Shown here piece after piece: positions 1 to 13,060 of a DNA stretch of 64,000 bases. The stretch lies in the IMG/VR virus record IMGVR_UViG_3300025831_000403; one strand, written 5' to 3'. The stretch comes from a virus. The notes beneath the pieces are model-generated. The model ran no database searches. It had not been told where the DNA came from and was given only the letters and a program-made list of their open reading frames with translations. The position numbers were made by a program, and so were the translations under genes. Position 1 is the stretch's first letter; each line of letters opens with the position of its first letter.

Positions 1-435
1 GTGTTCTGGTAATATTTCAGCATGCAATATATATATTTTATCATATAATAAATGTTCAATTTCATAAACAAGAGGCATATTAAATATTTTATCTAAATAA
101 GGTTCACCTTTTTTTATAATATATTCTTCTTCAGTAGTAAATTCTGGATTTTCTCCTGATTCCATAAGTTTTATTTTATTTAACATTAAATCTTCATGAT
201 TTCCAAGAACAGGGAAAAACCATTTTTTATTTAATAAAGCTAAACACTCTTCTGATCTAGGGCCTCTATCAATTAAATCACCAGTAGAAAAAAGTCTATC
301 TCTTTGTGGGTCAAATTTAACATAAGTCATCAACTTAGCCAGTTCATCAAAGCAACCATGTAAGTCCCCAACTACAAAGTCACGACCTTCTACATTTGCT
401 GGAATAGTTTGAATAAATTTAGGATCAAGATACAT
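1..435 (-). CDS. Metallophosphoesterase (PPP/NinI-like Ser/Thr phosphatase), runs off the window edge
   Basis: Not in ORF track; manual translation from ATG at 435 gives MYLDPKFIQ...GDLHG...GDLIDRG...GNHE, open to position 1. Confidence 0.85.
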   Translation of the reverse strand, partial: MYLDPKFIQTIPANVEGRDFVVGDLHGCFDELAKLMTYVKFDPQRDRLFSTGDLIDRGPRSEECLALLNKKWFFPVLGNHEDLMLNKIKLMESGENPEFTTEEEYIIKKGEPYLDKIFNMPLVYEIEHLLYDKIYILHAEILPEH

Positions 436-485
436 GGTTTTCACTTTTTATTATTATTGATAAGTATTATTAATTTAGTTTTTAA

Positions 486-2621
<2,136 letters not shown>

Positions 2622-2653
2622 TTACATAATATTAAAATAATAACAGATTAGTT

Positions 2654-3181
2654 TTAATCTGTTATTATCCAAATATCATGATGAATTGAAAAAACATCAA
2701 ATAAATGAGAGGTGATATAGTTCCAGGATGAACTTCTTTTTTTATTATATTGAATAACAGATTCATTATATTTATTTTTTAATTCAAGAAGAAAGATTTC
2801 TTCTTTTAAAATATTTTCTTGTATATTTTGAGATTCTAAAATCTTATTTAATAATGAAAATTCTTCGAATAATAAATTTATTTTTTTAGCTAATTTACTA
2901 ATTTTTTCCTCACATGAAAAAGAAGCTCTTAAATCATTGTTTTGCTTAAATTTTTGTGCTTGTAAACGAAGTTGAATAATATCGTTAATAAATGTTTCTT
3001 CATGACTAATAATTGTTGAAGATTTATTAATTAAATCTTCAAATAAACTAAATCTATGGTCAATAGCATTAGAAAGTGTTTTATAAATTGAATTTACTTG
3101 ATTATGATATTTAATTAAGTGCCTATAAGAGATGATAAAATATAAAACAATTAAAGCTACAAGGAAAATAAAAAAACTCAT
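2654..3181 (-). CDS. LemA-family protein
   Basis: N-terminal TM helix followed by coiled-coil, KYNESVIQYN motif near C-terminus. Confidence 0.65.
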   Translation of the reverse strand: MSFFIFLVALIVLYFIISYRHLIKYHNQVNSIYKTLSNAIDHRFSLFEDLINKSSTIISHEETFINDIIQLRLQAQKFKQNNDLRASFSCEEKISKLAKKINLLFEEFSLLNKILESQNIQENILKEEIFLLELKNKYNESVIQYNKKRSSSWNYITSHLFDVFSIHHDIWIITD

Positions 3182-3360
3182 AAATACTCCATTTTTAATA
3201 AATTATACTCTTTTAATATAGTCAGTTTAAATATGTTAATTTCAATTAGATTAAGTATTGCTATTTGAATCTTTAAAAGATTTGCTATACTAGTTATATA
3301 ATTCAAAAATAAAATCTTATGTTTTTTGAATAAAATATAATATTTACTAAAAGGTTAATC

Positions 3361-4002
3361 ATGCATATATTTTCTACATTAAAAGAATTACTTAGGCCTC
3401 TTAAAAAAGAAACCACAGTATTAAATAATGATAATGGTCAAAACAAACAAAATCAAGGGCAACAAAAAGAATATAAAGAATCGAAGGCATTTAAAAGTGC
3501 TGAATCATTCGGGAAGCCAAAATTTAAAAATAATGAAGAAGTAAAGTCAAAGGTTCCACCATCTAATTGTTATGTGTTGTTCTTAAAAGATGGAGATACA
3601 TTTGTAGGAATGCATAATCAAGAAAAGAAAACCTTTAGGTTAGCTGGAATAAATACTCCAGAAATTGGAGAACAAATGGCAAAAGAGTCAACAGACTTTT
3701 TAAAAGAAAAAATTAGTAAAAAATTAGTATATTTAACTTTTTTAGGTGTGGATTTATATAATAGAGAAATTGTTGAGGTTTTTTTAGATAAAGAAAAAAC
3801 TCAAAATGTAAATAAAATGCTAATTAAGCAAGGGTTTGCATCTAGTGAAAGATATAAAAATAGTGAAGGTGAAAATACTCATTCTATTGTAGATTATGTG
3901 CAGAATGAAGTTTTAGAAAAGATTGTTCAATTCCAAGGCAAGGGTGTTTGGTCAGATGATATAAAAAAGGAACAACCAAAAGTAAAAAGGTTCCCTCGTT
4001 AA
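3361..4002 (+). CDS. Thermonuclease (SNase) family nuclease
   Basis: DGDT, RLAGINTPE, DLYNRE, NKMLIKQGFA motifs. Confidence 0.88.
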   Translation: MHIFSTLKELLRPLKKETTVLNNDNGQNKQNQGQQKEYKESKAFKSAESFGKPKFKNNEEVKSKVPPSNCYVLFLKDGDTFVGMHNQEKKTFRLAGINTPEIGEQMAKESTDFLKEKISKKLVYLTFLGVDLYNREIVEVFLDKEKTQNVNKMLIKQGFASSERYKNSEGENTHSIVDYVQNEVLEKIVQFQGKGVWSDDIKKEQPKVKRFPR

Positions 4003-4044
4003 TGTTTGACAATTTAAATCTTTTAAATTAAATAACTTTTCATT

Positions 4045-4605
4045 ATGGAAAAAAATAAAATTTTTAGTTTAGAAGAAAATGAAAAAATAAAACTTGGAAC
4101 TTTTATTAATGATTTATTTATAGAGTATGAACACTTATATAGATTAAGTATCTGTTTTAATGATTCTTTTTTAGTGGAAAAGGGTAAAAAATTAGAACAG
4201 CGTAAACTATTAACATTAAGTGCTACATTTAAATATGATGATTTTTATTGCTTATGGTTTAATGGCGGAGTAAAGACATATGAATTTGAAAATGAATTAT
4301 TAAGTGCTAGTTCATCAATTTTTATGATGAGAGATTATAGTCAAGTAAATTTTTATTTAAAATTAGAAAATAAAAAAATAACATACCAAGAGTTTGAAGA
4401 GGATGTAATTAGCAAACTAGATTTACAAAAAGAAAAGCTATCTAATATTTTTGAAGAAAAAACAATTATTAATTTTTGTAAATTAGATTTGCAAAAAGAT
4501 ATAAATTTCTTTTTGGGAAAATCAATAATGTCTAAAGTATATGCTGTAAAACTAAATAATATATTGCCAAGTAAAGTCCAAAAACAAAAATTAATGAAGG
4601 TTTGA
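4045..4605 (+). CDS. Hypothetical protein with basic C-terminal tail
   Basis: 186-aa ORF ending KLNNILPSKVQKQKLMKV. Confidence 0.7.
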   Translation: MEKNKIFSLEENEKIKLGTFINDLFIEYEHLYRLSICFNDSFLVEKGKKLEQRKLLTLSATFKYDDFYCLWFNGGVKTYEFENELLSASSSIFMMRDYSQVNFYLKLENKKITYQEFEEDVISKLDLQKEKLSNIFEEKTIINFCKLDLQKDINFFLGKSIMSKVYAVKLNNILPSKVQKQKLMKV

Positions 4606-4672
4606 TTTATTGTTTTTGGTTGACAAAGAAAAATAATAAATTAAGTTATTTTAAAAAATAGTAGGTAATAAT

Positions 4673-5101
4673 ATGAAAAAAAGTGTAAATAAGTCATTCC
4701 TTGGAAATAGTAAAAAGTTTTATAATGTATATAAAGGAAAGAATTCAGGTCGTTATTTTTTTCTTTTCCCATGTATTGGTATTTCTCAAAAAAAGAACCT
4801 TCATTGGGATATGACAATAAAATCATATTTCTTTGCATGGGGATATAGTTTTATTCAATATAATGTATGTGAGGTGGTTGGGGATGCTAGTCTTGAATTA
4901 ACAAAAGAAAACTTTGAGTCATTAAAGAAATTATTAAAATCATCAAATATTACAATTGTAGATTTACCAGTTTCTTTAAAATTTATAAAAAACAATATGC
5001 ATATTGTTCAATTACTAAAAAATTCAAATTTGGAACATCCTTATGTTAAAAAAATAATTTATGGATACTTTCAAAATCAACCATTTACATCAACCATTTA
5101 A
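4673..5101 (+). CDS. Hypothetical protein
   Basis: 142-aa ORF with AGGT-like RBS. Confidence 0.6.
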   Translation: MKKSVNKSFLGNSKKFYNVYKGKNSGRYFFLFPCIGISQKKNLHWDMTIKSYFFAWGYSFIQYNVCEVVGDASLELTKENFESLKKLLKSSNITIVDLPVSLKFIKNNMHIVQLLKNSNLEHPYVKKIIYGYFQNQPFTSTI

Positions 5102-5170
5102 ATTTATTTTAATAAAGAAATAAACCTCGTGATTAACGAGGTTTATTGTTTTGTTGATTTAATGTGTATT

Positions 5171-6343
5171 TTAAGGAGTTACACATCTATCTCCATCCCA
5201 TACTCCAACAATACACATTTGACAGTTTTTACCATCAAAATTACCAGCAGGATTATTGGCTACAATAGACCCAGGCCAAAATGTTGGTCTTGCTCCACCA
5301 TTACAGTTTGTTTCAATAGATGTAGTGTTTTGAGCAGGAGTTAATACATTACTTGGAATTGCTCTTCCAGCTTGGTAAACTTGAGGAACGGAAGCACCGG
5401 CAATAGACGCCACACATCCAACCCCTGCTTGACAAAGAACAGTAGCAGGACTTCCTCTTATTAATGGCTGACAACTGCGAGTAACCATGTTCCATCCTTG
5501 TCCAAGTTGACAAAATCCTGAATTATTTGGATCGTTTATTGGAACACATAATGAGCCATCCCAAAATGCTCCAGCACCACATTCACAAGTTTGAGATACA
5601 GCATTCCAAGCCGCAGGGCCACAACTGCCAGCCGCACCACCTAATGATGTAGCAACAGTTCCTGGAGGGGCAATAAAATACTTGCCTTCTTTTGGTTTAA
5701 GTCTGGCAGGTGCATTAGAGCTAACAACTGCTTCAATACCATACTTAAATGAGCTTCCAAGAATGGCCACGACATTATTTGCATTATTGCAAGCTGCTGC
5801 AACAGTTGATGGATTAACAATTGCTGAACCTGGTATTTTTATATTTATTCCATTAATTCTAATTCTATCTGAGATATTAAGTAGCTTAGGGTTATTAGTA
5901 ATTTTAGAACATCCAGTTGGAGGAACATTATTTAGGGTTATTTCATAAGCTGGAACTAAACCTAAAGCTCCAAGAGGTGTTAAATCAATTGTGGTTGCAG
6001 CAAAAGTTACATTCCCACCCCAAAGAGTATGAACAGCTACTGGTGATGTAATCATTTCTGTTGGAATAACACGCTGAGAAATAAGTCTAGTAGGAGGATT
6101 AATGTTTGAATTAATGTTGGCAACAGCAGTAGCAACTAGAACCGGTGTATCAGAATCAGAAACAACTAATAGATTTTGATTAAGAGATGTCATTATATGC
6201 ATAATTAAATCTCCTTGTTTTTTAGCAATAGCTGTTTCATATTTTTTAGCATATGCACCATATATTCCAATTACCATTAGAGAAACAATCCCTATTATTA
6301 ATAGAGTTTCTATTAGTGTAAAGCCTTTAATTTTTTTAGTCAT
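5171..6343 (-). CDS. Type IV pilin (PilS-like) with Cys/Trp-rich C-terminal extension
   Basis: Class III signal peptide KG|FTLIE, hydrophobic helix, WGG and TLNNVPPTGC pilin-like motifs, C-terminal W..C repeats. Confidence 0.8.
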   Translation of the reverse strand: MTKKIKGFTLIETLLIIGIVSLMVIGIYGAYAKKYETAIAKKQGDLIMHIMTSLNQNLLVVSDSDTPVLVATAVANINSNINPPTRLISQRVIPTEMITSPVAVHTLWGGNVTFAATTIDLTPLGALGLVPAYEITLNNVPPTGCSKITNNPKLLNISDRIRINGINIKIPGSAIVNPSTVAAACNNANNVVAILGSSFKYGIEAVVSSNAPARLKPKEGKYFIAPPGTVATSLGGAAGSCGPAAWNAVSQTCECGAGAFWDGSLCVPINDPNNSGFCQLGQGWNMVTRSCQPLIRGSPATVLCQAGVGCVASIAGASVPQVYQAGRAIPSNVLTPAQNTTSIETNCNGGARPTFWPGSIVANNPAGNFDGKNCQMCIVGVWDGDRCVTP

Positions 6344-6454
6344 AATTTCCCCAATATACTTTTTATAAGAATAAAAGAAATAATAAAAAAATCAAGGATA
6401 AGTAAATTATACTTGTTATTGATTTTTAATAAGATATAGATTGTTGTATTGATA

Positions 6455-7261
6455 TTAAAATTTTGTTTTGAATTTTGGTTTATGTTCAACTTCATATACT
6501 GTGGTTATCTGAGCCACTCTATCATAAAAATTTTTCCACATCTGTAAAGTTTCTGGTTCATCCATATATTCTTCAATTGTATCTGGGTCATAGCCTAAAA
6601 GCATAGTGTCTAAAGGTTTATATCCATCACTATCTTTCATGCTAGGATTTGCATTGAGTTCAATTAATTTATCAAAAGAAGCTTCCTTTCCGTTGCCACA
6701 AGCATAATGAAGAACCGTTTGATTGTTAGATAAAATATTTTTCTCATTAACATTAAAGTTACATTTATTAACTAAATAATCAATAACATCAATTGATTCA
6801 GACATTGTTGCATAAAGTAATCCTGTATTTCCCATGCCATCAGTGTGAGATAAGTTAACTTTATTAAATGGATTATTTATTAAATAATCTAATATTGCAA
6901 CATTAGGAACTTCACAAGATTTTAAATATGTATTTACCCCATTTTTCATATAAGCATTTGGATTAGCTCCATTTTCCAATAGAAATTCTAATAATTCAAG
7001 AGCACGTGGAATTAATTCCTTAGTTAATTTTCTTTCACCATTTTCATCTTTTGTTGCTACTACAGAGTATTCAGGAAAGAAAAATAATAAATCATCAAAT
7101 TCAGAAATAGGAGATTGTTCTGTAGTTTTTGAAAGTTTTTTTAATTCTCCAGATGATTTCATTTCAGTTAAATCTTTAATTAATATTTCAAAATCACCAG
7201 CTTTAAGCATAGCACCCAAACTTTTATATTCTTTTGTTGATTTTATCGGTGTCTGACTCAT
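6455..7261 (-). CDS. Ankyrin-repeat protein
   Basis: GNTGLLYA, QTVLHYACGNG, GYKPLD repeats. Confidence 0.85.
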   Translation of the reverse strand: MSQTPIKSTKEYKSLGAMLKAGDFEILIKDLTEMKSSGELKKLSKTTEQSPISEFDDLLFFFPEYSVVATKDENGERKLTKELIPRALELLEFLLENGANPNAYMKNGVNTYLKSCEVPNVAILDYLINNPFNKVNLSHTDGMGNTGLLYATMSESIDVIDYLVNKCNFNVNEKNILSNNQTVLHYACGNGKEASFDKLIELNANPSMKDSDGYKPLDTMLLGYDPDTIEEYMDEPETLQMWKNFYDRVAQITTVYEVEHKPKFKTKF

Positions 7262-7319
7262 TTGGTTTTTCCTTTTTAATTGCTTATAATTAATTATAAC
7301 AATAAGAAGAAGAAAAACA

Positions 7320-10064
7320 ATGAATTTAAGAGCTACTTCACCACAAAGAATTATTCGTTCTTTATTTTCATCCGTAAAAAGAAATGATATTAAAAAATTT
7401 CAACATATATACAGTGAAAATAAGTGGATTTTAAATTTTAAAGACAATAAGAGAGAAAATATTTTATACTATGCTTTTGAAAATGATAGTAGAGATATTA
7501 TTGATTTTGTTCTTTTAGAAAATGCAGAACTTTTAAAAGAAAAAAATATTTTAAATTTAAATATTTTACATGATTTAATTAAAAAAAATAAAAATATTGA
7601 ATATTTTATAGAAAAGATTAAGGTATGGCCACAAGAAGAATTAATTAAATTATTTAATAACACAGACCCACAAGGTAATAACCTTCTATTAGTGGCAGCA
7701 AAATCAGGAGATGTAAGTATTTTAAGTAATGTAGTTAATATTTGTCCTAATTTTAAATTATTACAAGAGCATTTAAATCATTATGGTCAAAATATAGCAC
7801 ATGTTATAGCTACAAATTTTATAGATGATATAACTCCAGTTATTGATATATTGTCTCCAAAATTAATTTCTCAATTAGATAATTTAAATGGTTTTTCTCC
7901 ATTAATGTTAGCATCATATTATCAAAATGAATTAAATTTTAAATCTTTTTTAAATTTAATGCCAAAAAATCAAAATTCTTTTCTTGATAATAACTTAATG
8001 CATTTTGCAGCACACAATAAAAATATAGAAGTTACATCTTTGTTATTGGAAAAAAAGATGTTTAGTAATAGTAAAAACAAACTAGGTCAAACACCATTTT
8101 ATATTTCAATGCTTAAAGGTCATAGTGAAATTGCCGAAAAATTATTTGAAGAGGCTAAAAAATCAAAAATAATTGAAGATGAAATTGTTATATCTCCAAA
8201 GATGGCTACAAAAAATAGAGATTTATTTTTTAAAATAATGGAAAATAAATCAAATGAAGAGTTAAGTGTGGAAAGTAAGGGTAAGTTTTTAGAGTATTTG
8301 TTTTTATATTCAAATTTCACAGATATTATTTCAATATATAAAGAAGGTAGATATAGTGATTTCTTTCAAGAGGAAAATTTTAGTGAATTATTTGCAAAAT
8401 CTTTGACAGGTAAAAAAGACATGGCGTTAAAGGCAAATTTTTTATTAAGAAATAAAAAAGAATTGACATTAGATGAATCAATTACTGTATGTAAGTCTTT
8501 AGATAAGTTACCAACTTCTCAGATATTGTTTCTATTGAAAAAATCTCAAATTTTAGAAAATATAAATACTGAATATTTATCTATATTTACAGCACTAGCT
8601 TTATCAAGAGGAATTGATTCAAAAATTATTACGGAAACACCAATTTACAATGATAATGATGATATTCAAAAATGTATACGGTCAATATTAAAAAATAACA
8701 AAATACAAAGCACAACATTACATTTAGAAAATATAAATAAGTGGGTAGATTTATTTAAAGATAAAAAAATAGTATGGAAACATTACGGAGAGTTAATCTC
8801 AAAAGAGAATAGCCCATTTGTTTTTTTGGATAATAATTTTAAATTATTAAATAAATCATCAAAAAAAGAATTAGTTTTTTATCTTGTTACTAGTATGTTA
8901 ATAAATGAAAATGAAATATCTAAAGAGTCTCTAGATCTTATCAAACAATATCCAAATTTATTGGCACATGCTTATGCTGGTATTGTTAATTTTGGGAAAA
9001 TTCCTAAAAATGAACAATTAATTGATGTTTTAAATAATATTAAGGGAAATTTTTTAAATCATCAAGATTTAAGTGTTTTCTTAAAAAGAACTATTAAAAA
9101 ACCAGAAGAGGCAATAAATTTAATTGAAAAAACATTTAATACTTTTGATTTTAAAAGCTATAAAAAAGGTGATGATTTGTGTGTTTCGTTAATGAAAAAT
9201 AAATATCATGAAAAAATAATTGAAACTATTTTGGAAAAACTAAAAGAAAATAAAGATCAGTTTATTTATGATTATATAGATAATTATATTACAGAACCAG
9301 AAATGGAGATTAATATTGAAGTTTTAGAAAAATTAATGCTAATGCATAAAGATTCAAAAAAAATAATAACTGAAGTGTTTGAAATTGCTATTTTAGGTGA
9401 GGGATTTAATAATATTAAGTTAATAAAATTATTAGGTAATCATATTGAAAATAAACCATTCCAGGATTTAGAATCAATACAATATATTTTTAATGCAGAA
9501 AAATTTGATTCTTGTAATAAAATTCAAGAAACTTATGGTGTAGGATTAACTTTCCCATTGAAAGATTTATGTTTTGATAATATTAATTGGAATAGAGTAA
9601 ATACAAAAATAATATCCTTAGATGAAGATGATAGCTTTTTTGAATTCATATCAAAAAATAAAGAATTATTTACCGAAAAACAATTAAATTCTTTTTTCCT
9701 TGGAATGCTGTTAGAAATGAAAAATAATGGATTAAATTTAGAAACAATAAAGAAATTGTTTAATTCTTTAGACAATGAATTGGTTAAAGTAGATAGTGAA
9801 ATACTTTTAGACTTATCTTCAAGTATTTTAAACCGATATAAATTAAGCAGTGAAGTTGAAAAATATCTTAATAAAGATATTTTTGATAATATTTTTCAAA
9901 TTGTATCAAAAAATAAAAATATGAAATTTTTTGAAAAGATTCAGTTTGACATTAATTTTGAAATCATTCCAAAAGAATCTAAGATAATTATAAATAAAGA
10001 TATTTTAGACAAAAATTTGAAATTAAAAGAAGGCACAAAGCAACAAAAGAAAATAAAAATTTAA
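7320..10064 (+). CDS. Large protein with N-terminal ankyrin repeats
   Basis: GNNLLLVAAKSG, GFSPLMLASY, GQTPFYISM; ends KKIKI. Confidence 0.8.
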   Translation: MNLRATSPQRIIRSLFSSVKRNDIKKFQHIYSENKWILNFKDNKRENILYYAFENDSRDIIDFVLLENAELLKEKNILNLNILHDLIKKNKNIEYFIEKIKVWPQEELIKLFNNTDPQGNNLLLVAAKSGDVSILSNVVNICPNFKLLQEHLNHYGQNIAHVIATNFIDDITPVIDILSPKLISQLDNLNGFSPLMLASYYQNELNFKSFLNLMPKNQNSFLDNNLMHFAAHNKNIEVTSLLLEKKMFSNSKNKLGQTPFYISMLKGHSEIAEKLFEEAKKSKIIEDEIVISPKMATKNRDLFFKIMENKSNEELSVESKGKFLEYLFLYSNFTDIISIYKEGRYSDFFQEENFSELFAKSLTGKKDMALKANFLLRNKKELTLDESITVCKSLDKLPTSQILFLLKKSQILENINTEYLSIFTALALSRGIDSKIITETPIYNDNDDIQKCIRSILKNNKIQSTTLHLENINKWVDLFKDKKIVWKHYGELISKENSPFVFLDNNFKLLNKSSKKELVFYLVTSMLINENEISKESLDLIKQYPNLLAHAYAGIVNFGKIPKNEQLIDVLNNIKGNFLNHQDLSVFLKRTIKKPEEAINLIEKTFNTFDFKSYKKGDDLCVSLMKNKYHEKIIETILEKLKENKDQFIYDYIDNYITEPEMEINIEVLEKLMLMHKDSKKIITEVFEIAILGEGFNNIKLIKLLGNHIENKPFQDLESIQYIFNAEKFDSCNKIQETYGVGLTFPLKDLCFDNINWNRVNTKIISLDEDDSFFEFISKNKELFTEKQLNSFFLGMLLEMKNNGLNLETIKKLFNSLDNELVKVDSEILLDLSSSILNRYKLSSEVEKYLNKDIFDNIFQIVSKNKNMKFFEKIQFDINFEIIPKESKIIINKDILDKNLKLKEGTKQQKKIKI

Positions 10065-10453
10065 TTTGCTGGGGAACTTATTGCACTAATTATTTTATTA
10101 AATTCTATAGTAAATAGGTTGCATTCTGTTTTCGTGTTTTTGCTACCTCTCTCTTGTGCAGATTTAATACTATTTTCAAATACTGATTTCATCTGAATGG
10201 ATTCTATTTCTGTTAATCCAACAGTGTTTAGATTCTTAAATAAAAGAACACCTATTTTATTGTATTCAGATTCTGGAAGATTACAAGATTTTGCAAAACC
10301 AACAATAGCACCACTGTATTCAGTATTCTTACGTGCTACCTCCATTTTTATGGGATTGTTTTCTGAAACTGATTTACCAGGTAATCCAATATCAATTTGA
10401 GCAAAAGCAATAGAGCTTAAATATATACTTAACAAAATTATTATTTTTTTCAT
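10061..10453 (-). CDS. Hypothetical secreted protein
   Basis: Signal peptide MKKIIILLSIYLSSIAFA; two Cys. Confidence 0.65.
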   Translation of the reverse strand: MKKIIILLSIYLSSIAFAQIDIGLPGKSVSENNPIKMEVARKNTEYSGAIVGFAKSCNLPESEYNKIGVLLFKNLNTVGLTEIESIQMKSVFENSIKSAQERGSKNTKTECNLFTIEFNKIISAISSPAN

Positions 10454-10460
10454 AAACACC

Positions 10461-11348
10461 TTAATTAATAATATCAAAATTTTCTTTGTTTTCTTGTGTA
10501 AAAAAGTTTGTACTTAAAACTTTTTTATAATCTTCAAGAATTCTCTTATATAGACGACTAGTTTGTAAGTCATCTTTATTCTTTAATGTTTTAGCAGAAT
10601 TTAATTCTTTTTCAATAAGAATTATTTGTTTGTTAATAAAACGAATAGCCAAATCATCACTAATTAAATTATTTTGAAGACCTACCTGTAACATAAATAT
10701 AACATCAGTAATAACTAAAGCGTTCTTTTGCATAGCATCAAAAAGAGCTTTAAAGTGATTATTCTTCTTTAAATCACCTTGAGTAGATAGGAATTCTATA
10801 TATTTATCAGTAATATTTCTTATGTGAGTAATCTCTTGATTATAAATAGCATTATGAGAATGAGAATAAATATCATTATTTTTATATATTATTGGTTCTT
10901 TTTCATCAAAAGAACATTTCCAATTGTGTGTTTCTGTATTTTTTTTAAAGAAATTAACCGTTTTCCATTGTTCTGTTTCGTCATAATATGCACTAAATGG
11001 ACTAATTCTACATGTGGCTGGTCGTTCACCATAAATTTGACATAAATTATCTTTAAGTTGTGGACATGCTTTATTGCTAATTAAAGAAATAGGAATAAAA
11101 TCAATGAAGTAAAATAAAGATGCATCTAATTCTGGCATCATTATTGTATGACCAATAATTTGATAATGCTCACACATCTTTTTTTCAAGTGGTTTATCAG
11201 CATAAGAAATCGTTGTGTGATGTGCTGTTTGGAAAATGAATTTATCAGCTAATTCTAACATTTCATAAAAATTTACACGTGGTGGCTTATCACAACATTT
11301 CCCACATTGAGTGCAGGCAAAATGAATCTCTTGATTTTTTTCAAACAT
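10461..11348 (-). CDS. YkgJ-family Cys-cluster (Zn/Fe-chelating) protein
   Basis: FACTQCGKCC, CPQL...CQIYGERPATCR. Confidence 0.85.
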   Translation of the reverse strand: MFEKNQEIHFACTQCGKCCDKPPRVNFYEMLELADKFIFQTAHHTTISYADKPLEKKMCEHYQIIGHTIMMPELDASLFYFIDFIPISLISNKACPQLKDNLCQIYGERPATCRISPFSAYYDETEQWKTVNFFKKNTETHNWKCSFDEKEPIIYKNNDIYSHSHNAIYNQEITHIRNITDKYIEFLSTQGDLKKNNHFKALFDAMQKNALVITDVIFMLQVGLQNNLISDDLAIRFINKQIILIEKELNSAKTLKNKDDLQTSRLYKRILEDYKKVLSTNFFTQENKENFDIIN

Positions 11349-11421
11349 TATAATCCTTAAAATATTGATTAGTTTTACAATAATAATGAAAAAAAGTCAA
11401 TTAATAAGATGTTTAATAATT

Positions 11422-12333
11422 TTATTTTGATAGTGCTGTTGCAATACTCTTCCAGTCTTTAAAGTTTTCTTGGGCTAATAGCCCTTTGGGGTCAATGTTA
11501 TTCTCTCTTAAGTGATGCTCAATTGTTAGTTTTAAGTCAGCATCAATGGTCATTGTTCCTTTGTGAACTTCTCTTAATAACCAAGCAAAATAATTTTTAG
11601 AATTTTTTGCTTCTTCTGCCACAACTTCAGATATGAGTCTATCTTTAAATTTACCAAAAGACATTTTTTGAACCATAATTGGAGCACGAATAAAATCTAT
11701 AAGTTCACCAAGAGTTGTTGCATTGGTTGTTTCTAAAAATTTATTTAAAGTATAGTGAAAAACTTCACCAGTAACTAAAATATCAGCAGCAGCTCTATGT
11801 GCTTGAAGTCCCATTGTGTCAACTTTAATTCCAAGCCAATATCTAAGTTCTTGTGATTTGTGACTTCTTAAGTCATGTCCTTTATGTCCAATATCTCCAA
11901 TTTTAAATATTTGTCTAGCAAACCTAAGTGTGTCAAGTTTTGGATTAACCATTGTTTTTAATGTTGGTAGCATATTTAAATCAAATTCAATATTGTGAGC
12001 AACAAGAGCAGAATCTCCAATGTAGTCTAGAAACTCAGGCATAATAGCATCAATTAATGGAAGTCCAACTAAATCCTCATCTTCAATTCCATGAACTGCA
12101 ACAGCAGATGGATGAATAGACATTTGTGGGTCAACTAGCCAAGATTTAGGAGCTTCAAGAAAGCTATCAATTAAATTCCACCTTACTGCGGCAACCTCAA
12201 TTGGTTTATCTTCTCTTCTTGTATTATCCCCTGTTGTTTCAGTATCAAAAACTGAAAAAATAACATCTTTAATTGGTTTATTTAGCATATCATTTATCAT
12301 ACTTATTTCCTTTGGGAATTTTATTTGTTGCAT
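11422..12333 (-). CDS. DEDDh 3'-5' exonuclease (ExoX/DnaQ-like)
   Basis: FDTETTG, HNIEFD, HRAAAD motifs and MSFGKFK C-terminal domain. Confidence 0.9.
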   Translation of the reverse strand: MQQIKFPKEISMINDMLNKPIKDVIFSVFDTETTGDNTRREDKPIEVAAVRWNLIDSFLEAPKSWLVDPQMSIHPSAVAVHGIEDEDLVGLPLIDAIMPEFLDYIGDSALVAHNIEFDLNMLPTLKTMVNPKLDTLRFARQIFKIGDIGHKGHDLRSHKSQELRYWLGIKVDTMGLQAHRAAADILVTGEVFHYTLNKFLETTNATTLGELIDFIRAPIMVQKMSFGKFKDRLISEVVAEEAKNSKNYFAWLLREVHKGTMTIDADLKLTIEHHLRENNIDPKGLLAQENFKDWKSIATALSK

Positions 12334-12461
12334 TATATATTATAATAAAATGCTGGTCAAGTTTAATGTTTTAGTTGGAATTATTTGGGATAGCTTAGGT
12401 TTTTTAGGTTTGACATTTGTTTTTATGTCGTATATTGTTTTATAATAATGCGGAGGTAGAA

Positions 12462-13007
12462 ATGAGTAATGAAATAGTAAAAATAGATGATAATGTTGTT
12501 GTATTAAGTGATTTATATGAAAATTATAATATTAATGAATTAAAAACACTTGTAGAAAAGTTAGAGGGGTTAGAAATTAATAATAATAAAGCTTTTGAAT
12601 CTCTTATGTTAAATAAAAATATAACCATTTCATCAATTAAAACAGCCTGGAATACCAAAGATCAGCTTAGTAAACTTAAAGGATTTGCATTAAAATCAAT
12701 AAGTGAAATACAAACACAAAAAAGCCAACCGTTAATTGAAATGAAAGATAATATTGAAATAAATGAACAAACAATTATTTTAAGTGAAAAAGATTTAATT
12801 CCAGTTAAAGATGAAACAAGCATACTATCAACTAATATTGGTGATTCTCAATTTTTATATAATTACAAACAAGATAAGATTATGGTAACTAATGAAATGT
12901 CATTTGAAATAGAAATATTTTTTGAACAATTAGTTCAGATACCATTAAAAATAACAAGTAAAAAAGAAATAATAGCTAAAGATTTATCATTTGAAGTGTC
13001 ATTTTAA
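12462..13007 (+). CDS. Hypothetical protein
   Basis: GGAGG RBS before ATG 12462 (MSNEIVK). Confidence 0.65.
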   Translation: MSNEIVKIDDNVVVLSDLYENYNINELKTLVEKLEGLEINNNKAFESLMLNKNITISSIKTAWNTKDQLSKLKGFALKSISEIQTQKSQPLIEMKDNIEINEQTIILSEKDLIPVKDETSILSTNIGDSQFLYNYKQDKIMVTNEMSFEIEIFFEQLVQIPLKITSKKEIIAKDLSFEVSF

Positions 13008-13060
13008 TTTTTTCATACTTAAAAAATATAATAAATAAAAATTATTATTTCATTAAACAA

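Noticed and set aside
5129-5948. Plus-strand ORFs 5129-5344 and 5682-5948, and similar antisense track ORFs elsewhere (7469, 8120, 9533, 10197, 10824, 15561, 18578, 20398, 25446, 41960, 51368, 51759, 53889, 61336)
   Set aside because: Shadow ORFs opposite well-supported genes, without motifs or RBS
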